Notes: generated by a model from the sequence alone, not told the origin. DNA of 64,000 bases from Takakia lepidozioides (GCA_030704615.1 CM060731.1:77438001-77502000), one strand, 5' to 3'; numbered from the stretch's first letter, positions 23,095 through 36,133 are shown. Numbers and translations are program-made.

Positions 23095-24820
23095 ATAGGA
23101 GACGCTACTTGAATACATAGGGGATTGCATTTGGACTTAGATTTCAGTTCTTAACACATGGGCCAATGGCGCAGGCTACCCTAGGCCTAGATCTCCCAAA
23201 CAGAGGGATTGCACTTGGACTTAGATGACACTGGACACTTGGGCCAACGGCACAGGCTACCCTAGGGCCTAGAGGTTGCACTTGGGCCTCGACATAGGAG
23301 ACGCACTTGGATACATAGGAAATTGCACTGGATACATAGGAGATTGGACTTGGGCTTAGATGACAGGGGACAATTGGGGCTCTATATGGGAGATGTACTT
23401 CGATACATGAATAGAAGATTACACTTGGGCTCAGATGATGACAGTGGACACTTGGGCCAACAGCACCAGTTACCCTAGAGGTTGCACTTGGCCTCGACAT
23501 TGGAGACGCACTTGGATACATAGGAGATCTTGCACCTGGGTTAAATGACACTAGACACTTGGGCCAACGGCACATGCTACCTTGATGGGCATTTACATGG
23601 AAGATGCACTTGGATACATAGAAGATTGCACTTGGGCTTAGATGACAGTGGACACTTGGGCCAACGGCACAGGCTACTCTAGTCAATATATGAAGCAAGA
23701 CGTTTGTTTTGTTTGTTTTGTGTTGTTTTGTTTTGTCACATTGAGATGTCCCAAACCGCAAGGCTTTAGTCCTGGTGCTTGGTGCCGTTGGAAAGCCCTC
23801 GACGAGGAGGGGTGCACAGGCTTGGTCTCACAATTTTTGGACCTGCGGTGTGGGAGATACGGAATTCCAAGTACTTTTGGTTGCTGGAAATTCACAAAAA
23901 ATAGCAAAAATGGCAAAGTGGGCTAGGAGAATGGTTGGAGCCTCGACGGGAGAGATATGAAAGGAAAGGTCTCCGGTTCAAATCTGGTCGTAGGTTCTGT
24001 GGAAAAAAATGATTAGACTTAGATGACCTAGATGACATTGGACGTTGGGGCCAACGGCACATGCCATCCTAGACACTTGTGTTAAGATGATCCACTAGAC
24101 ACTTGGGCCTCTACACGGGAGATGTACTTGGATACATGAATATAAGATTGCACTTCATGGGCTTAGATGGGCCTCGACATAGGAGACGCACTTGAATACA
24201 TAGGAAATTGCACTTGGTCTTAGATTTCAATTCGTCACACATGGGCCGACGACATAGGCTACACTAAAAGTCACAGTTGGGCCTCGACATAGGAGACGCG
24301 CTACACTAGAAGTCACACTTGGGCCTTGACATAGGAGACGCATTGGGATACATAGAAGATCTTGCACTTGGGCTTAGATGACACTTGGGCCAAGGGCACA
24401 GGCTACCCTAGGAGACGCACTTTGTTACAATATAGGACGCACTTTGCACTTGGACTTAGATGACATTGGACACTGGAGGTCATTGGGCCTTCACATGGAT
24501 ACACACATGGATACATAGGAAATTGCACTTGGGCTTAGATTTCAATTCTTCACACATGGGCCAACGGCACAGCTACCCTAGATCTCCCAAACAGTGGGGG
24601 CTCCCGATACATAGGGGATTGCACTTGGGCTTAGATGACCCCCTAATCTTCATAATATTTTTCATCGATGACCACCAAAACCACACTTGGGCCAACGGCA
24701 TAGGCTACCTAAAAGACATACTTGGGCCTAGACATAGGAGACGCACTTGAATGCATAGGAGATTGCACCTGGGCTTACATGACCCTAGACACTTGGGCCA
24801 ACCGCACAGGCTACCCTAGT
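23095..24820. repeat. Complex tandem minisatellite interrupted by a ~310-bp insertion (~23698-24010)
   Basis: Recurrent modules CACTTGGGCCAACGGCACAGGCTACC, CACTTGGATACATAGGA and GCACTTGGGCTTAGATGAC. Confidence 0.85.
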
Positions 24821-24839
24821 AATAATAATAAATATGATT

Positions 24840-25445
24840 TTTGTTCTTTTTGTTCTTTTTTTCAAAAACAAATGAGCATTCCGCTATCACTGATTATGGT
24901 GTGTGCCTTCATGGCATTCCAATGGGGTTTTAATTTTTTTCCCCGCAAATAAACTCGATAAAGCCCCAGGGGCCTCAGTCCCCTGTTCTCAAAATACAAA
25001 ACAAAAAGAAAAAAAAAAGAAAAAGAAAAGAGCACTGGTTTATTTAAGTTGTTGGATTTGAAGTAAGGTAGGACTTTGCATTCTAGGCTACTTCATCTAG
25101 CCTTGGTTCGTCAGCAGTTCTAGCCTCTGGTTGGGGGATGGTTCCATTCTCACTAACTCCAGTGTGTGTGCCTTTTGCCGTAATATGGGTTTTAATTCTT
25201 TCCCCAAATTAATCCTAATAATTTGTAAGGGCTTTTGGCCCCCAAAATTTCTGTAATAAAGTTAATCAGGGCTACAATCCCCCTGTTCTTTAAGAAAAAA
25301 AACAAAAAAAAAATAGAACAGGGGACAGAAGGCCTGATGAAATTTTTTATTAAGAATTTATTCTGAGAAAAAATTAAAAACCCTATTACACCATGAGCAC
25401 ATACCGTCCAGTATTCAGTGATTTTGTCTATGTTTAGAGAAAAGA
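24840..25445. repeat. Three copies of a ~150-bp element, two direct and one inverted, upstream of the F-box gene
   Basis: GTGTGTGCCTT..GGGTTTTAATT..CCCCTGTTCT plus an A-rich tail at ~24840-25030 and ~25140-25315. The reverse-complement copy is at ~25315-25445. Confidence 0.6.
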
Positions 25446-25612
25446 TTAACCATGCTTTCTTTTACGTAAGAGGTAAAGCCCTCCGCCCGAGGACTTTCCT
25501 AAAACAGAAAGAGAAGAAGAGCAGCGGCACAGTGCCTATAAAGAGCGGCGTAGACAAGGAACGGCAGGCAGCCTGAGAAGCACCTTGTTGAGCGAGAGCA
25601 GCGGGACTGCAG

Positions 25613-26938
25613 ATGGAGTGCAGGGTGCGGAGCGAGCTCGCTTCCGACTTGTTGGAGGAGCCAGTTTCGACAATGTTGAGGAGAGAGAAAAGAAAGCGAG
25701 AGACACGTCCAAAGAGAGAGAGACACACACACATCCAGGAGGAGAGAGAGACACAAGTGATGGACCCCAGGGTGTGGAGCCAGCTCCCTTCCGAGTTGGA
25801 GGAGCGAGTTTTGACACTCCTACCATACACAAGACTCAGGGGATTTCGCCTTGTGTGCAAGCAATGGTATTCTCTTATTTCTAAGCCACGCTTCCTGGGG
25901 ATCCGGAAAAAAGTCCCTCTTGGGAAGAATGCGCCATGCTTTATATTTTTCACGGATTTCAAACTGCTGGTTTTCGACCCATTTGGTGGTGGCTGGACCA
26001 GCATCGACCTCAAATTTCTTCTGCCACATTTGCTTGTTTTTTAGACCCGAATAGTCACCTACTACTCGCTTCTATTCCCCTATGACAAACCTGCATCACA
26101 CAAACTTATGGCCGCGGCAGGAGGCAGGCTCTTGTTCTTTTCAGGTTATGGTCGAACACAGTACACTGTTTGCAACCCGGTCTCCAAATGCTGGAGACGA
26201 TTGCCAGACCTAGGTTACACGGATAGTCAGTTCAATCCTCTTACTGTGCAATTGGTGGTGGACAAGATCGGCTCCTACAAGATTCTTGTGGTAAATCCTA
26301 TTCTGGTAAACCCTCATACCAAAAAAAATCAGTCATGTAAAATGCACGTGTATGACTCAATCTCGAACTCTTGGAATGAAACTGGAGGCATGCCTGTAGA
26401 TCCCAGCTTGCATGTAACAAGCGTGATGTGCGGCGATGTTCTGTACGCCATCTCTTATGGATTCAAGTCCAAGGCACCTGGGAGGTTGCTGGCATACAAC
26501 ATGTCCAGTGGTGTCTGGATCAAGGTGCGTACAAAGGTGCCCAATTCTCTATTCATGCGGCTATACCTTGTGGAGAGCGGCGGACGCCTGTTGCTGGTTG
26601 GCTCTTATTCAGAAACTGTAATTTTTCTCCCAAAAGCCATGATAGGTTTGTGGGAAATCACGTCCTCCACCCGAGAGTGGAAGGAGTTGGGGAGGATGCC
26701 TCAACAATTGTTTGAGGAATTTTTTGCACATGATCTTGGTCTGGCAAGCTCGTGTGGGTGGAAAGCGGTAGCGCATGACGGTCTCATCGTGTTGAAGATC
26801 AATCAGGCACGGACGTTGGTGTATGACTTGAGGCAAGCGTCGTGGAGCTGGCTTCCTCTGGCTCCGAACGAGACTGTACTGCAATTTAAAACAGACTACA
26901 GTTTTGTTAGCCATCTTGGTTTAGACATAAATGTGTAG
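25613..26938 (+). pseudogene. Intronless F-box protein with a kelch/FBA-like beta-propeller, interrupted by a single in-frame TAG (26042-26044)
   Basis: F-box WSQLPSELEERVLTLLP..FRLVCKQW, plus VCNPVSKCWRRLP, VYDSISNSW and LVESGGRLLLV. The two ORFs lie in the same frame. Confidence 0.85.
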
Positions 26939-27173
26939 TTTTGTATGCCCTTGTACCGTTTGTTGTTGTCTTTTCATGATCTCTTTCAAAAAGTTAAATG
27001 AATGTTTCAAACTGTAAAATATTCAGTCCAATGCTGAAACCATCACTTCAATCTCAAATTTTTACGTTCTTTTCAAAACCTGCACACCTATCTTGATAGA
27101 CAGCAAATCTGATAAGTCATACCCAATGAGTGCTGTTGTATGAGATTAGGCCTAGTGTGAATCGACCAGCAAA

Positions 27174-27500
27174 CTAAAGGAGCCACAAAGGAGGTGCAAT
27201 CCTAGAAAGACTGCTGTTGCAGCTTTGCAACCTCTCACTCTGCAGTAAAACCTTTAAGAGATCCACCCAGAATGTACCCACAACACTAAACACTATAACT
27301 GCAAGCCACTGGCCTGCAGGTAAGGGAACCAGCTTCAGATGTACTCTCACTGAACTCTCAGTGGCAATCGACACCCCCCAAGCTTCTGGCGACAGAAGCA
27401 AAGCTCACAAAGACACTCAATGACATGCATATGCAAGATGCTCCGATACCCCCAATCAGCTCACGGTCAAAAAATGGTAGAGTACGGCATCGGGTCTTTC
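27174..27500 (-). pseudogene. Possible C-terminal remnant of a P-type cation ATPase
   Basis: Peptides DRELIGGIGASCICMSLSVFVSF and LKLVPLPAGQWLAVIVFSVVGTFWVDLLK resemble the terminal transmembrane segments of a Cation_ATPase_C domain. The frames are broken. Confidence 0.3.
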
Positions 27501-27859
27501 TAGTCTCTGATCTCTGTACGTCCATGTGTTAACAGACAGTTATACATGCTCGTATCATGTACAACTCTAGATAGGAGATGTCTTTCCACTATGAAAGGGA
27601 ACCAGCTTCAGATGTACTCTCACTGAACTCTCAGTGGCAATCGACACCCCCCAAGCTTCTGGCGACAGAAGCAAAGCTCACAAAGACACTCAATGACATG
27701 CATATGCAAGATGCTCCGATACCCCCAATCAGCTCACGGTCAAAAAATGGTAGAGTATGGCATCGGGTCTTTCTAGTCTCTGATCTCTGTACAACTAGAG
27801 ACAGTTATACATGCTCGTATCATGTACAACTCTAGATAGGAGATGTCTTTCCACTATGA
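27322..27859. repeat. Tandem duplication of ~270 bp (27322-27594 and 27595-27859)
   Basis: Near-identical copies starting AAGGGAACCAGCTTCAGATG. Confidence 0.9.
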
Positions 27860-28332
27860 ATACTGATGTCCAGCAAGTTCAATCCATCGCTTTAAAGGTT
27901 ACAGTCAGATTGGCAGAACGGATGTGACAAGGAAAAGTCTAAGATCTTGAAAGCTTAGTTGACAAGGATAGTCAGGATCCTACAGAGACAGTTCATTGAA
28001 GGAATAGCAGACATGTAGAGATCCGTCCGCAAGAGCTAGATACACTCGGCAGTTTTCCCGTCACTCCACACAACCCTGCATGTCTGCATGTCGCTTATGA
28101 TTACTGAAGGTGGTACTTGCTGTTCAAAGTCCCTATAACGTCTGAAAGTTTAAGAGAGATAGCTCTCGATCAGGCTCCCAAACTTCACTGCTGTGAATGA
28201 AAATTAAAAGATTAGGCCGCATCTGACTCGTGAAGATGCAGATATAGTCAGGTCAGAGAATTTAAAATGGATGTACTCTCCACAAGGCCCCAAATATGTT
28301 CCAGAATATTCGGTCACTAAGGTGGCCTCCAT

Positions 28333-28468
28333 AGAGAGAGAGAGAGAGAGAAAGAATGTAAGTACTCATAAGACTTTGTTTGCCGACGTAGCCTTGTGGC
28401 CATTGACCCCGCGCCCAGTTTGAGCGGAACACAAAGGGACAGAAACTACCTTTCTCAACAGGATGTTC

Positions 28469-28500
<32 letters not shown>
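28333..28500 (-). repeat. ~110-bp retroposon-tail-like repeat between two (AG)n microsatellites
   Basis: The reverse strand matches 33410-33525 (TCTGTCCCTTTGTGTTCCGCTCAAACTGGGCGCGGGGTCAATGGCCACAAGGCTA). Confidence 0.8.
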
Positions 28501-28505
<5 letters not shown>

Positions 28506-29330
28506 CTCACACGACTAGAGTCACCAAACCATTTGAAGCACTCTACTGCAGCTGAATATTGGAGATTTGGAGACGCGGTTGAGGACAGAGATGGATGGAA
28601 AGATGAAAGAAAACCATGATGCTCTTCTTTTGCGAGTTGAAGCCCTACAGAAGCTGACCATCGAGCACGGAACAAAATTGATGAACAACACAATACGAGC
28701 AAACAACAAGTCAACCAGTTGGACGAATTGCAAAACCATGTTGGCATTCTCTTCTTCCGACTGCACTGACAAATTAATACTGTCACCCACATGAACTATA
28801 TCTTCATGAATAAAAGTCTTGTGCACCAATCGATCATGAAGCTGTCTCTTTCAACATTAGTCCTCCATTTTTTTCTAGGATGCAACCCGCACGGATGTTC
28901 AATTCAAAGACTGAAATAGTCTTAGTATGCTCCACAGACGCGAGACCCGTTTCTATGAAAAACATATCTTTCTCTAAACTCAGCCCTGAGTTCAGCCCAA
29001 AGTATGACCAGATTGCTTTATCAACATTTCTGAATTCAGCAAAGACCCACAAATGAATATGTTTGCGGTTTAAACTTTACATTTCAAATTTTGTGGCCCA
29101 CGGTGTGGCCTCTTAAATGAGTCGAGTAGATGGGATATTCACTTCGAAGAACTCTCTTTGTGCAAGCGACAAGGGAAGACAGACAGATCGATGATTTCCA
29201 TTCAAGGATGCGGCAGTCTACTGGGCAGCCATGGCTTGTTTCTCCGTCCGCTGTCAAGCCGTGTGCCTAAACCTGTGTGTGAGAAAGAAAAAGGTCTAAG
29301 ATCTCAGTAGTATTGAGTGCTCACTGAGTA

Positions 29331-32300
29331 ATGTTGTCCTTCAATTCGGCTGGAATGCAAATTAGAGTTCGTCTCACAGGAGAGAAGGGCGTTGCTAGAT
29401 GGGGGAAGTGTTCATCGCCAAGGCTGAATTGTCGCCCACGACAAGGGGTACAGAAGATTTATTGCTTGGGTAAGCCATTGTCCCTTTCTAGCTCTCCTCG
29501 TCGTGGTCAAAATGATGAGAGGAAACACTATTCTCGGGGGTTTCTTGGTGCTGCCATTCTGTGGTACCAATTCAGTGTTGAAATACATTCTTGGAAAGGG
29601 TTTGAAAGAAGCTCAGACGCTTCTCCCAGGGTTTCAAATGGACCGAAGAAATGGGAGGCATCTACTACGTTTAGTTCATCAGATTCACCTACTTCCTCTA
29701 GCACACATAATTTTGGCCAAACCCCTACACATAAATCATGGAGCCCTAAGTCGTTTTCATGGGAGGGCGTTATACCCCTCAGCAAGACACTTCGGAAAAT
29801 GAAGCCATTCATCTACCCTCAAATGCCCATCATCTTGAAGGGATGGTTTTGTACAGCGGTTGCTGTGGTCGCTGTCTTTCTGTTTGTGCCGGAGATTGGG
29901 GGATTTTCAAACTTACTCGCAAAGGGTGATTTAAGCAGCTTGACTAAGAAGGCTGTGAAGGTGTTGTCGCTCGTGGCTGCGAGGTCAGTGGCACAGTTCT
30001 GGCAGCAGGCGCTCCTCTGGGAAGCTGCCCTGAATATCACCTATGCAGTGAGGGTATTTGTGTATGAGAATGTCTTGAATAGAGAAATGGGGTATTTTGA
30101 GGGACAAGGAGGTGCAGCAGCTGGCGACATTGCATACAGATTGACAGCTGAAGCTGAAGATGCTGGGGGTACAGTCTACGCCCTCCTTCATGTGCGTGAG
30201 ACATCTCTCTTGCTTGCTGCCTCCCTAGTCTCTTTTCTACTGCTTCCAGTTCTGTTTGTATGCCTCCCACCATTCCCACCACCCCCTCTCTCTCTCCCTG
30301 GCCTAGACATTTAGTGCTGCGAAGATCTCAAGTGCCTTGCACTCTGCCGTCTCATATATCTTTGGTTCTTTCATTGTGTTCTATCAGCGGGCCACAGCAA
30401 GTCTCTGGTTTGTGTCCCTTAGGGTCCTTGGAGACCCAATAATTCCTTTCTTTCTTCTCTCATGACAGGAAATTGGTACTCTTTGAATTCAAATTTTAGC
30501 CGAAGTTTCTATTTCAATGGAGGCTTAAGAGATAGCGCTTTTTTGAGAAATGACTGCAGATGCTGGTCCCAAGCCTTCTCCAATTGGCTGCCATGGCCAC
30601 CCGCATGGTCATGCTGAGTCCCCTCCTCTCCATCGCCACCATATCAGTGAGTCTCAAATTGATTGGCGAATCTCATCTTCCTCTTTTGGTTCTGGAATTA
30701 TTTTACATGTGGTGAGACTAGCCTGAATTCAAGCCAAGAATCTGTCATGAAGAAGTCAGATGACTGGGGACAAGAAGAGTACTGTCATTATTTTTGCGGG
30801 CATAAGCCTCACAATTGGCCTGCAGGTGAATGTTATTCTTCAGGTTCTATGATTCAATCCAAGGCTGATGTATATTTCATCAGTCTCTCTTATATCTTCT
30901 TGGCTGTCTCATTTTCTTGGTACTAAACTTATGTTTGTGTGGATATGGATGGGACCAGGTGGTGCCAGTGATGTCTGTGGCGATAGCGATACTGGGGGAA
31001 AGGTTACGGCAGCTGGCTAAAAAGGGAAAGGCGAGTGTTGCCAGCATTTCGGCCTATCTCAATGAGGTTTATCCTCACCCAGAGGCTCCATGCAAGAATT
31101 CATAAGACGTCTCACATTCAAGACATGTTTGAAGATTTGAACTTACAAACCCAAAGCACTATTTGATATTTCTACAGTGTCAGAGTACTTGGTTCAAAGC
31201 ATCATGGTCACATTGGAGGAAACTGTAAATGGACAGGTCCTGCCATCCATGTTTGTCGTCAAAGCTCATGCTGCTGAGGCATTTGAGCAGCGGCGATTTG
31301 AGAGGCTTGCACTTGCAGACTGCTATGCTTGCCTTGGCAAAAAGAGGATGAAGGCTTTCATTCCTGAAGTGATTACGGCTGTGTATGCGGCAACTGCGGT
31401 CGTGCTCTTCGGGGTGGGCACATGGGCGATTTCTCAAGGGAGCTTTGATGGAGCAGGCATGGTGTCTTTCATGACATCATTGGTGCTTCTTATTGAACCG
31501 ATCCAGGCATGCCAACTCCTCTCCCTCTCTGCTCTATGGTGCTCTGACCATCATTATCTAATCAATGCATCTTTCTTTTTTCCTTGGCTCTTGCTTCCAA
31601 TTATTGCATAGAAACAGCGATGTATCACACTTTTCCTAAGGAAGCTACACTTTCCTGAAGTTGATCACAAAGAATTTGTGCTCAGGTGATGGGGAGAGCA
31701 TACAATGAATTGAAGCAAGGGGAGCCAGCAATCGAGCGCCTTTTTGAACTGACATCAGTCAGTCCAGAGGTAACTTGCAGTCTACACCTGATCTTCTTGT
31801 AAGGTCTATATGATTTTGTGAAACTGCTGTGTGCGTATTATTAGTAAGACAAACAATTATGTACACGCTTGAACTATTTGTTGATGGGGTGCAGGTGCTT
31901 GAGGAAGTGGCCATAACCAACCTGACTAGAGTTTTGGGAGAAGTTGAACTCTGCAATGTCGCATTCCGCTACAGAGACACCTCACCCTGGGTGTTAAATG
32001 ACATTTCTTTGCGAGTCCATGCAGGCGAGACAGTGGCGCTGGTGGGACCTTCAGGGGGTGGGAAGACCACCCTTACCAAATTGCTACTTCGCCTCTATGA
32101 TCCTGTTTGTGGTAAGAATTTTCGGTTGCAAGGAATGTTAGCCTCTTTGTTTCTATTTTTTCATCAACAAGTTCCTAATTTGTAAGAGGGAACTGACATT
32201 TATTTTACCGAAGGTGACTTCGTTCACCCTTCTGAAGCTCAGCAGCTAAGCGTGAAAGCCAACCAGATGATCCAGTGTGCCACCATACGTCAGATGTCTT

Positions 32301-34420
32301 TCATTACACTGTCGAGGCCTGGAATCCCATAGAAGTTACTTTTATCACCCAGAGTGTGAGTAATGTCCCAACTTTGGCGAGGATTGACATTGTTGTTGCC
32401 ACACTTCTGTCTGTTGGATCCGTCTGTGTATGTCTTTGGAGTGCCTTTGGTCTAAGTTGATAGTAACTCCAGTGCTATTTGGAGGACAGGATCAGTTCGA
32501 ATCGATGGGCATGACATCTCCGAACTTAGCCTCAAAAGCCTACGCCAACATGTGGCAATCGTGCCTCAGGAGACGGTCTCTCTGACTCTCTCTCTCATGC
32601 CTCAATGTCCTGTATGATGTCTGGGGTTTTAGTGGACGTTGCCAGGGCCTGCTCCCATTGAGCTGAGATGAGAAGTGTCTTGGGGCTGAACACAAAATTG
32701 CCCCATTGGCAATAATGGGCTGTGAAGTTTCCTGGCCACCTGAGATTATGACCCCTGCCCTCAGGTGGCTCATTATTTTCTAGGACTGGCAGTAGCTGGT
32801 CACTTTCGCAAGATGACCTGTTAATGCCAGCAGGAGACCCTTGGCTCTCTTGTTCTTGATTGAGCTCTACCAGCTGGCTTTCCCAGGGGTTTCATTAGGT
32901 GGCAATGGGGGTAATCCACCCTTTATTCAAGTGACCTGGGACATCTATTCGATTACCCAATATAGGGTTCAAAAATCTCATGTCAATGGGAGGAGGTCCT
33001 AAGCTCCTCTTTCTTATTTTATTCAATTTTCTCTCTCTTGGCCCTTCTGTACTCTCTTCTTGCTGATATGAAAGCTAGGGCACTGCAGACATTATTTACC
33101 GGAACAGTGGCCGAGAACATTGCATATGGAGACATGAATGAGAAGTTGGACATGAGGGAGATAGAACAAGCAGCACGCCTTGCTAATGCAGACGGCTTCA
33201 TCAAGAAGCTACCAGATGGATATAACACACATCTGGGTGATCGCGCTTCCTGCCTAAGTGGTGGTCAACGCCAAAGGTGTGGACATTATAAAGTTACTCT
33301 TGCTTTCATTTTCTCTCTCCATGTCTGTCTCTTTCCCTGTCTTCCTTTTTCTAGAGGATATCTGGACAACCCGGATCAATGTTCTTTACCAAGGTAAGTC
33401 TTACTACCGACATCAGCCCCTGACAGAGGTAGGTTCTGTCCCTTTGTGTTCCGCTCAAACTGGGCGCGGGGTCAATGGCCACAAGGCTATGGCAAACAAC
33501 GTCTTATGAGTACATTCTTTCCCTGTCTTGCCCACCGTCTCTCCTCTTTATATCCCCTCCCATTCTGATAATGCTTTCGAGTTCATGTGCACCTTGGGTG
33601 TGTTGTATGTGTGCTGGGTAGATTGGCAATCGCAAGGGCAATCTACCAAAAGGCCTCCATTTTGATATTGGATGAGGCAACTTCTGCTCTGGATAACAAG
33701 TCAGAAAAGCTTGTAAGGGAGGCCTTGGAACGCCTGACAGTCGGCCGCACCGTATGTATTCTATTCAACCATTCTGGAGGGAAACCGAGTCTATTTAAAT
33801 TTTAGGTGGTGGCTTCAGCTGCATTAACCCATATGGAGGCAGAAGCCCATCAGTGTTGTAGTTTGCTAAGAAAGGATTTTCAGGGATTTACCTCTTCAGT
33901 ACTTCACAATCTGAGCTTTGTACCTTAATCACTGACTGCACCTTTAGCCTGTGGATTGTTGACAAGATGTTCACTGGATCAATGCGTGAGTATTTGCAGG
34001 TGCTGAGAACATGACAACTGTAGTGCAACAGCAAGGATATAAGTATTAGCACAAGTTTTAATCAGCACAATTGCACTTAGTGACAAGTAGAGGTAATTTG
34101 TTTTGTGAATTGCTCTATCTTCTGCCAATTAGACCAAAGAACGGTGTGTTCCAGTTAGGCTGTACTGTTTGGAACGCTTCTGCCTTTCTTGGGACCCTTT
34201 TCCTCTCCTTACCCTTTTTCTAAGTTAGCTGTGAACGTGGCAGGTGTTCGTGATTGCACACCGCCTGGAAACTGTGCAACATGCAGATAGGATTTTGCTT
34301 TTGGATGGAGGGAGGTTGGTAGAGGAGGGTACCCATTATTCTCTGTTGAAGCAGGGAGGGCAGTATGCTGCTCTGTATACAAGACAAGAGTTTGTAAATA
34401 TTGCAGGCGAATCATTATAA
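29331..34420 (+). CDS. ABCB29: Half-size ABC transporter B family, ABCB29-like, probably plastid. Exons: 29331-30191, 30560-30646, 30959-31066, 31237-31506, 31686-31769, 31895-32111, 32490-32575, 33089-33276, 33622-33751, 34244-34420
   Basis: In-frame splicing yields a TMD followed by Walker [10 protein letters not shown]-loop VPQE, signature LSGGQRQR, Walker [13 protein letters not shown] and H-loop IAHRL. The [15 protein letters not shown] motif is present. Intron 4 is GC-AG. The start codon is uncertain. Confidence 0.9.
33410..33525 (+). repeat. Intronic copy of the 28.4-kb repeat
   Basis: Matches the reverse complement of 28352-28465. Confidence 0.8.
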
Positions 34421-34945
34421 GCTAGCAGCAGTTGTGGTGTAGGATACATATGCTTTTTCCAAGTGCACATTGTTACTAATCCGTTTTGAGGGCATTTCTA
34501 TTTATTTTGCCTGTCAAAATGTCATCTGATAATTGTTTATGTATAAATCTGAAGGGTCATTTTATCTTCGCAGTATAGTTTAGAATATCAATTTCCTCTT
34601 CATTATATTATGTACTCAGGTAGTTGCCTTTCATTTTCTGTATTAGAGGAAAATCCGGCAGTGACAGTTCACATTTTCAGGCCCTTACAAGAGAGGAGGG
34701 AAAATAACGTTCTTTCAACTATAAGACCCATAGGTCACAAAGAATAATACCATACATGATAAGGTAGCAACATTTGAACCCACTGCGTAGCATGCGGATT
34801 ACAATCCAATTGACCTATCCACAGATGGTCCCTTCTCAGAATAAGGACAAGAAGGTATTTGAAGAGATGCACTTTCACTTCTATTTGTCACTATACAGTC
34901 AATTGGGAGTTGTTGCCCTCTATCTCTCTCCTCTTGTGTTCCGAA

Positions 34946-35708
34946 CCCTGGGAATTTGAAGAATGCGACAGGGGAGGATTCAATCTGGTGATGCATTAAA
35001 CCCTCTTAAGCCCCACTCTTACTGCATTTGTGCTGCTTGTCAGAAATGACATTTCAACCCCAAATTGTACTCTGCAGATGCATACGGTTCTCTGCACAGG
35101 AATTGGAAGAGGGAGGGTGGAGAGAGAGCGCGAACCTTGATGTAGCCTTAGTTGAAAAGAGATTTGTGAAGGAACACGGTTCTAAAACCATCCCCAGAAA
35201 AGTCTTAAGGAAAGAGGAAGGTCATGATGCTCAAGAGAGGCCCAGATTAGGAACCAAGCAAGCGACGTATCAAATGGCCTTTGCCCCGGCATTTTTATCG
35301 GTTCAATGAGCTGTCTTCACCAGAAATTCCCTCTTCTCCATGACCACTACAATGTGGTGCACGTTATGTCGAAAGAGAAACACTCCTGTTACCTGTACCC
35401 TTGGGAAGTAAGGTGATGAGACATCTCACTTTCTCTACTGCAACCATCCCCATGACTACTTCACTCATCAGTCTATGCCTTCCAAGGAATGTGCGGAACG
35501 GGCAGGAGAGAGACAACCGACGACAGGCACATGACTGTAGGTCCACGACATAGCTTCCGAATTAGGGTTAGATTGGTTCGGGGTCTTTCACCTGCAAGTT
35601 AAAATATGTAGAAATTTATCAACTCTAATTAGAGATATAGCAACGACTCTAGGTATACCTCTGGAGATGTGGGCATATGTGCAAACGATATGGGATATAT
35701 CTCCTGCA
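34946..35708. repeat. ~760-bp dispersed direct repeat, copy 2
   Basis: Highly similar to 16403-17154. Confidence 0.9.
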
Positions 35709-36133
35709 CCTACATGAAGCAGATGATCCTCCCCCACTTAAATGTTAGCTTGAATGTACCTTGATTAGATAAGACCCATAACTGAATCTTTTGCTCTTAG
35801 AGAGGATGTTTGACAGAGTCCCGTGATTGAGTGGTGTGACAGATCTCTTGCAATTGAGGATTAAACCAAAGTTGTATGGTCTGCCAGCAGAAATGGAAGA
35901 TAATAGGAATAATGTAAGAACTTAATGCAAGCGCGTCAGGACGGTCCAGCCCTGACACCCGTACCGCCGGTTCTTCGCCTCCGGCAGACATCGAAAGGCA
36001 GCCGGCTGGGCTCGGTCAATCCCTCCCCACCCCCGCCCTCATCCCATCGGCGTCGTCGCCCCAGGCGCGTCGTCGCCCCCTGCGTCCTCGTTCTGCGACA
36101 CCAGTCCGCCGCTTCCAGCAGTCCGCCAGTTCC

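Noticed and set aside
23095-24820. CRISPR-like repeat-spacer pattern (also the 120-bp array at 44.6 kb)
   Set aside because: The spacers are themselves repeats, there are no cas genes, and the context is eukaryotic.
26042-26050. Programmed stop-codon read-through
   Set aside because: The context TAG ACC CGA does not match the CARYYA read-through motif.
13597-26938. S-locus-like system (SPH ligand plus F-box gene)
   Set aside because: PrsS-type and SLF-type self-incompatibility are unrelated mechanisms. No S-RNase or PrpS-like gene is present, F-box genes are abundant, and this one is interrupted.
28521-29052. Short coiled-coil or hydrophobic ORFs upstream of ABCB29
   Set aside because: No recognisable domain, start context or splice structure.
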